From the NCBI RefSeq assembly GCF_030144855.1, contig NC_082710.1, positions 14,136,001-14,200,000 of the forward strand: a stretch of 64,000 bases of DNA. Reading direction: 5' to 3'. The DNA is from Hypanus sabinus. Its lineage: Eukaryota. Shown here in pieces: positions 63,001 to 64,000 of this stretch. Made by a program: the position numbers and the translations under genes. Positions within the stretch are counted from its first letter, which is position 1. Every line of letters starts with the position of its first letter. The notes under the pieces were generated by a model. It was not told the DNA's origin and did no database searches. It saw only the letters and a program-made list of their open reading frames with translations.

Positions 63001-63545
63001 TTCTGAGCTCTTGTTGCACCTGCAAGCTCAGATTTCATAACTCACTCCCTGGAGTTTCATAGAACATTCCAACCCTGTGAGTAGTGAGAAAACTTGACTG
63101 AAAGTGTGACATAAGGCACAAAATATGAACTGTCACATTTCTTCCAGTGTTTGATAGGGGAAAAGCAATTGGTTCAAAGTTTCAAAGTACATTTAATCAG
63201 AGTTCCTCCAGCATTTTGTGTGTGTTACTGTCAGCTAGTTTGTTTCCAAACGTCATTTGTCACACTAACTGTGGATTTTTCAGGCCGGCATTGGAAGCTT
63301 TAACGGATAAAGATCCTGGTATTGTGGAGCTCAGCCACGAGGAAGAGGACTGTTGGCAGCCTCAGCCGTTAGTGACACATGAGCAGACAGCAGCATCCAC
63401 ACAAGAGACTCAGACCACGTACTCCGCAGGTGTTGCTGGACAGCCTGGTGGAGGGGACCTGCCGAGCAGCCAGCCGCAACCCACCATAACACAAGCCTTT
63501 CTCGAGGATGAGGAGCTAATAATTGAGGAATATGATAGTGACTAA
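30050..63545 (+). CDS. RAD17: Checkpoint clamp-loader RAD17, spliced CDS join(30050..30094,31201..31482,35584..35667,40991..41153,42342..42478,42787..42839,45176..45301,46633..46702,47445..47556,49530..49724,55054..55139,55381..55527,57900..58046,59143..59263,61787..61844,63284..63545), 695 aa
   Basis: 2088 nt with all phases consistent. Motifs: WVDEYRP..Q.ELAVHKKKVEEV, Walker A GGSGTGKS, KYxxL (KYKKL), Walker B-like KKLILVEDIPNQFYR, GDIRSAINSLQF, IGGKDQSLFLFRALGKIMYCKR, FNLYLHQNYVDFF, C-terminal IIEEYDSD. Confidence 0.96.
30282..30453. repeat. ~58-bp degenerate tandem repeat x3
   Basis: tctagtg..gcatgctgg..tctg..ctaa.att..ataataa.gggcagac repeated. Confidence 0.7.
30745..31097 (-). mobile_element. 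Young CR1 3' end
   Basis: Open C-terminus GESRTRDHSLRIRGRPFRTEMRKNFFTQRV...W and an intact 3' UTR. Confidence 0.88.
31201..31482 (+). CDS. RAD17: RAD17 coding exon 2
   Basis: ttcag|VTDWVNPSF...WVDEYRPQTQ|gtagga. Confidence 0.95.
34326..35032 (+). mobile_element. Non-autonomous Tc1-like element
   Basis: TIRs tactcagtggccattttattag / ctaataaagtggccactgagta; transposase remnant DLSELDCGLIVGARWGGLSI, GRKHLINERGQRRMARLVQPDRKVT. Confidence 0.8.
35584..35667 (+). CDS. RAD17: RAD17 coding exon 3
   Basis: GELAVHKKKVEEVDSWLKAHTSETCRQQ|gtgagt. Confidence 0.95.
36150..38870 (-). mobile_element. CR1 LINE fragments (degenerate ORF2 plus two 3' ends)
   Basis: DEGRAVDVNYMDFSKAVHKVPHGRLIQK, ESQHGFIWGKSHLTNL, LNWSRANY. 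Confidence 0.88.
39850..40575 (+). mobile_element. Rex1/Babar LINE 3' end with a nested CR1 3' UTR (~40205-40365)
   Basis: caccacccagggcatgctctcttctcactgctgcca (HHPGHALFSLLP) and AT-rich tail. Confidence 0.75.
40991..41153 (+). CDS. RAD17: RAD17 coding exon 4 (Walker A)
   Basis: DGSILLLTGGSGTGKSATIHVLVKELGIQLQEWINP...HYNT|gtaag. Confidence 0.94.
42342..42478 (+). CDS. RAD17: RAD17 coding exon 5 (KYxxL, Walker B start)
   Basis: FEEFLLRASKYKKLQMVGD...KKLILVE|gtgagt. Confidence 0.95.
42787..42839 (+). CDS. RAD17: RAD17 coding exon 6
   Basis: acag|DIPNQFYREPSCLHDIL(R)|gtaag. Confidence 0.95.
42975..45085 (-). mobile_element. CR1 LINE 5' region (ORF1 remnant, APE endonuclease)
   Basis: NARRIQNKVGDL...VNESWLK...IEGYTLYRKDRQVGRRGGVALLVK; DRSYREVVTP. 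Confidence 0.88.
45176..45301 (+). CDS. RAD17: RAD17 coding exon 7 (followed by GC donor)
   Basis: KFVQSARCPLVFIISDSFSGDSNHRVLFPHDIQTELGIFNI(S), AG|GCAAGT donor. Confidence 0.92.
46633..46702 (+). CDS. RAD17: RAD17 coding exon 8
   Basis: FNPVAPTSMLKVLSRISAQEASK|gtaaat. Confidence 0.94.
47445..47556 (+). CDS. RAD17: RAD17 coding exon 9
   Basis: KAGKSVVPDKAALEMLCRASAGDIRSAINSLQFTLVK|gtaatt. Confidence 0.94.
49530..49724 (+). CDS. RAD17: RAD17 coding exon 10
   Basis: ...AIGGKDQSLFLFRALGKIMYCK|gtaagt. Confidence 0.94.
52266..52475. mobile_element. Penelope-like inverted pLTR pair with degenerate hammerhead
   Basis: aaatgctggaggaactca..ggccaggtagcatctatg / catagatgctacctggcctgagttcctccaccattt inverted repeat around ctgatgaagggtcttgatctgaaac. 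Confidence 0.75.
52500..52925 (-). mobile_element. CR1 3' end
   Basis: GNFFTQIMVSVWNELP remnant plus 3' UTR. Confidence 0.8.
53382..54338 (+). mobile_element. Internally deleted Tc1-family element with both long TIRs (same family as 14830-15637)
   Basis: CAGTGGTG...GTGAACCCTGTAGAATTTTC / GAAAATTCTACAGGGTTCAC...CACCACTG-TA; HTH remnant at 53690-53960; Penelope fragment at ~54090-54170. Confidence 0.88.
55054..55139 (+). CDS. RAD17: RAD17 coding exon 11
   Basis: EPSSGMHLNPLPAHLSEHERDPLLVNPE|gtaag. Confidence 0.94.
55381..55527 (+). CDS. RAD17: RAD17 coding exon 12
   Basis: EVIENSHMSEELFNLYLHQNYVDFFSDIDDIVRASDYLSDADFLTVDWS|gtaagt. Confidence 0.96.
57325..57540 (+). mobile_element. V-SINE
   Basis: ggcacagtagcgtggtggttagc...ggttcagt...gagtttgtacgtttccctgtg...ggtttcctcccacag; aataaataaataa tail. 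Confidence 0.75.
57900..58046 (+). CDS. RAD17: RAD17 coding exon 13
   Basis: HRSTMWKYSASVATRGLIHANRARAWANCKGGAGFKPLHKPQWLSINKK|gtacgg. Confidence 0.95.
59143..59263 (+). CDS. RAD17: RAD17 coding exon 14
   Basis: YKENCLATKGFFSNFCLAPVCLQTELLPYLALLTNPMRNQ|gtaag. Confidence 0.96.
60880..61325 (+). mobile_element. CR1 3' end
   Basis: EERLMALDLYSLEFRRMRG remnant plus UTR. Confidence 0.8.
61787..61844 (+). CDS. RAD17: RAD17 coding exon 15
   Basis: (A)QINFIHDVGSFPFKRYST(R)|gtatgt. Confidence 0.93.
62290..62930 (-). mobile_element. CR1 3' fragment
   Basis: LAFNSQGIEFKSCEVMLQLYKSLVRLHL. Confidence 0.8.
63284..63545 (+). CDS. RAD17: RAD17 coding exon 16 (terminal; S/TQ sites, acidic tail)
   Basis: ttcag|PALEALTDKD...DLPSSQPQP...EELIIEEYDSD*. 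Confidence 0.95.
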
Positions 63546-64000
63546 TGTAGAAGTATTCTTCTGGACTAACTTACGGGTAGATGCATATTTATTTTTAATT
63601 ATTGAAATTCTGATAAAATAATGGTTCAGGAGCTTTTTTTTGGCAAATGAAAATGCTGCTGAAACCAGAGTAACTAAAAAAGAGTATTTGAATAACTCTG
63701 AGCATGAAAATAATGTTTACATAAACATGTCCAAAACTCTGGAACCATCAGACATCATTTAATTTCTCCATAGCTCACTAACATCTACTGACAGCACAGC
63801 CCCTCAGTGGGCTGATTAGAACCATTTCCGTCAGTACCAAAGGAATCTACCTGTTGTACAGGAATCAGTCTTGATCAAATGCTTTCGCTAAATATTCACA
63901 CTTAAGCCAAATTTCTTTTCATCATTTTTGTCGGTGTTGTGCATGGTTTTTTTTTTCTTTGCTTTTATTGAGCCTGTTTATATAAAAAGTTGGAAAATTG

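Noticed and set aside
63147-63283. N-terminal part of ORF 63147..63545 as coding
   Set aside because: Intronic read-through that includes a Penelope-like fragment; the exon begins at 63284 after ttttcag.

Overview
This is vertebrate genomic DNA, most likely from a cartilaginous fish (inferred from the CR1/HER1-like LINE, V-SINE, Rex1, Penelope and Tc1 repeat landscape). It holds two complete spliced genes arranged head-to-head around a ~300-bp bidirectional promoter at ~27.1-27.4 kb. AK6 is on the minus strand (5 coding exons, 172 aa) and RAD17 is on the plus strand (16 coding exons, 695 aa, one GC-AG intron); I rebuilt both by hand with consistent exon phases. A second CpG-rich, leftward-facing promoter/first exon at ~5.9-6.15 kb probably belongs to CCDC125 (synteny inference only). 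The most unusual feature is that the first coding exon of AK6 (ATG...ACAG|GTGA) is tandemly amplified into ~20 copies inside its own intron 1. Sixteen copies, counting the authentic exon, are intact ATG-to-donor cassettes in the correct phase, and the first three extra donors are in frame and would add Cys-rich N-terminal repeats. An unrelated 72-bp ATG+donor array sits just downstream of the second promoter. Also present: a 3.4-kb 27-bp minisatellite (source of the spurious >1000-aa ORFs), nested solo LTRs with target-site duplications, and Penelope fragments with minimal hammerhead-ribozyme motifs. No TAF9 ORF is nested in AK6. Repeat boundaries and family names were assigned by eye and are approximate.
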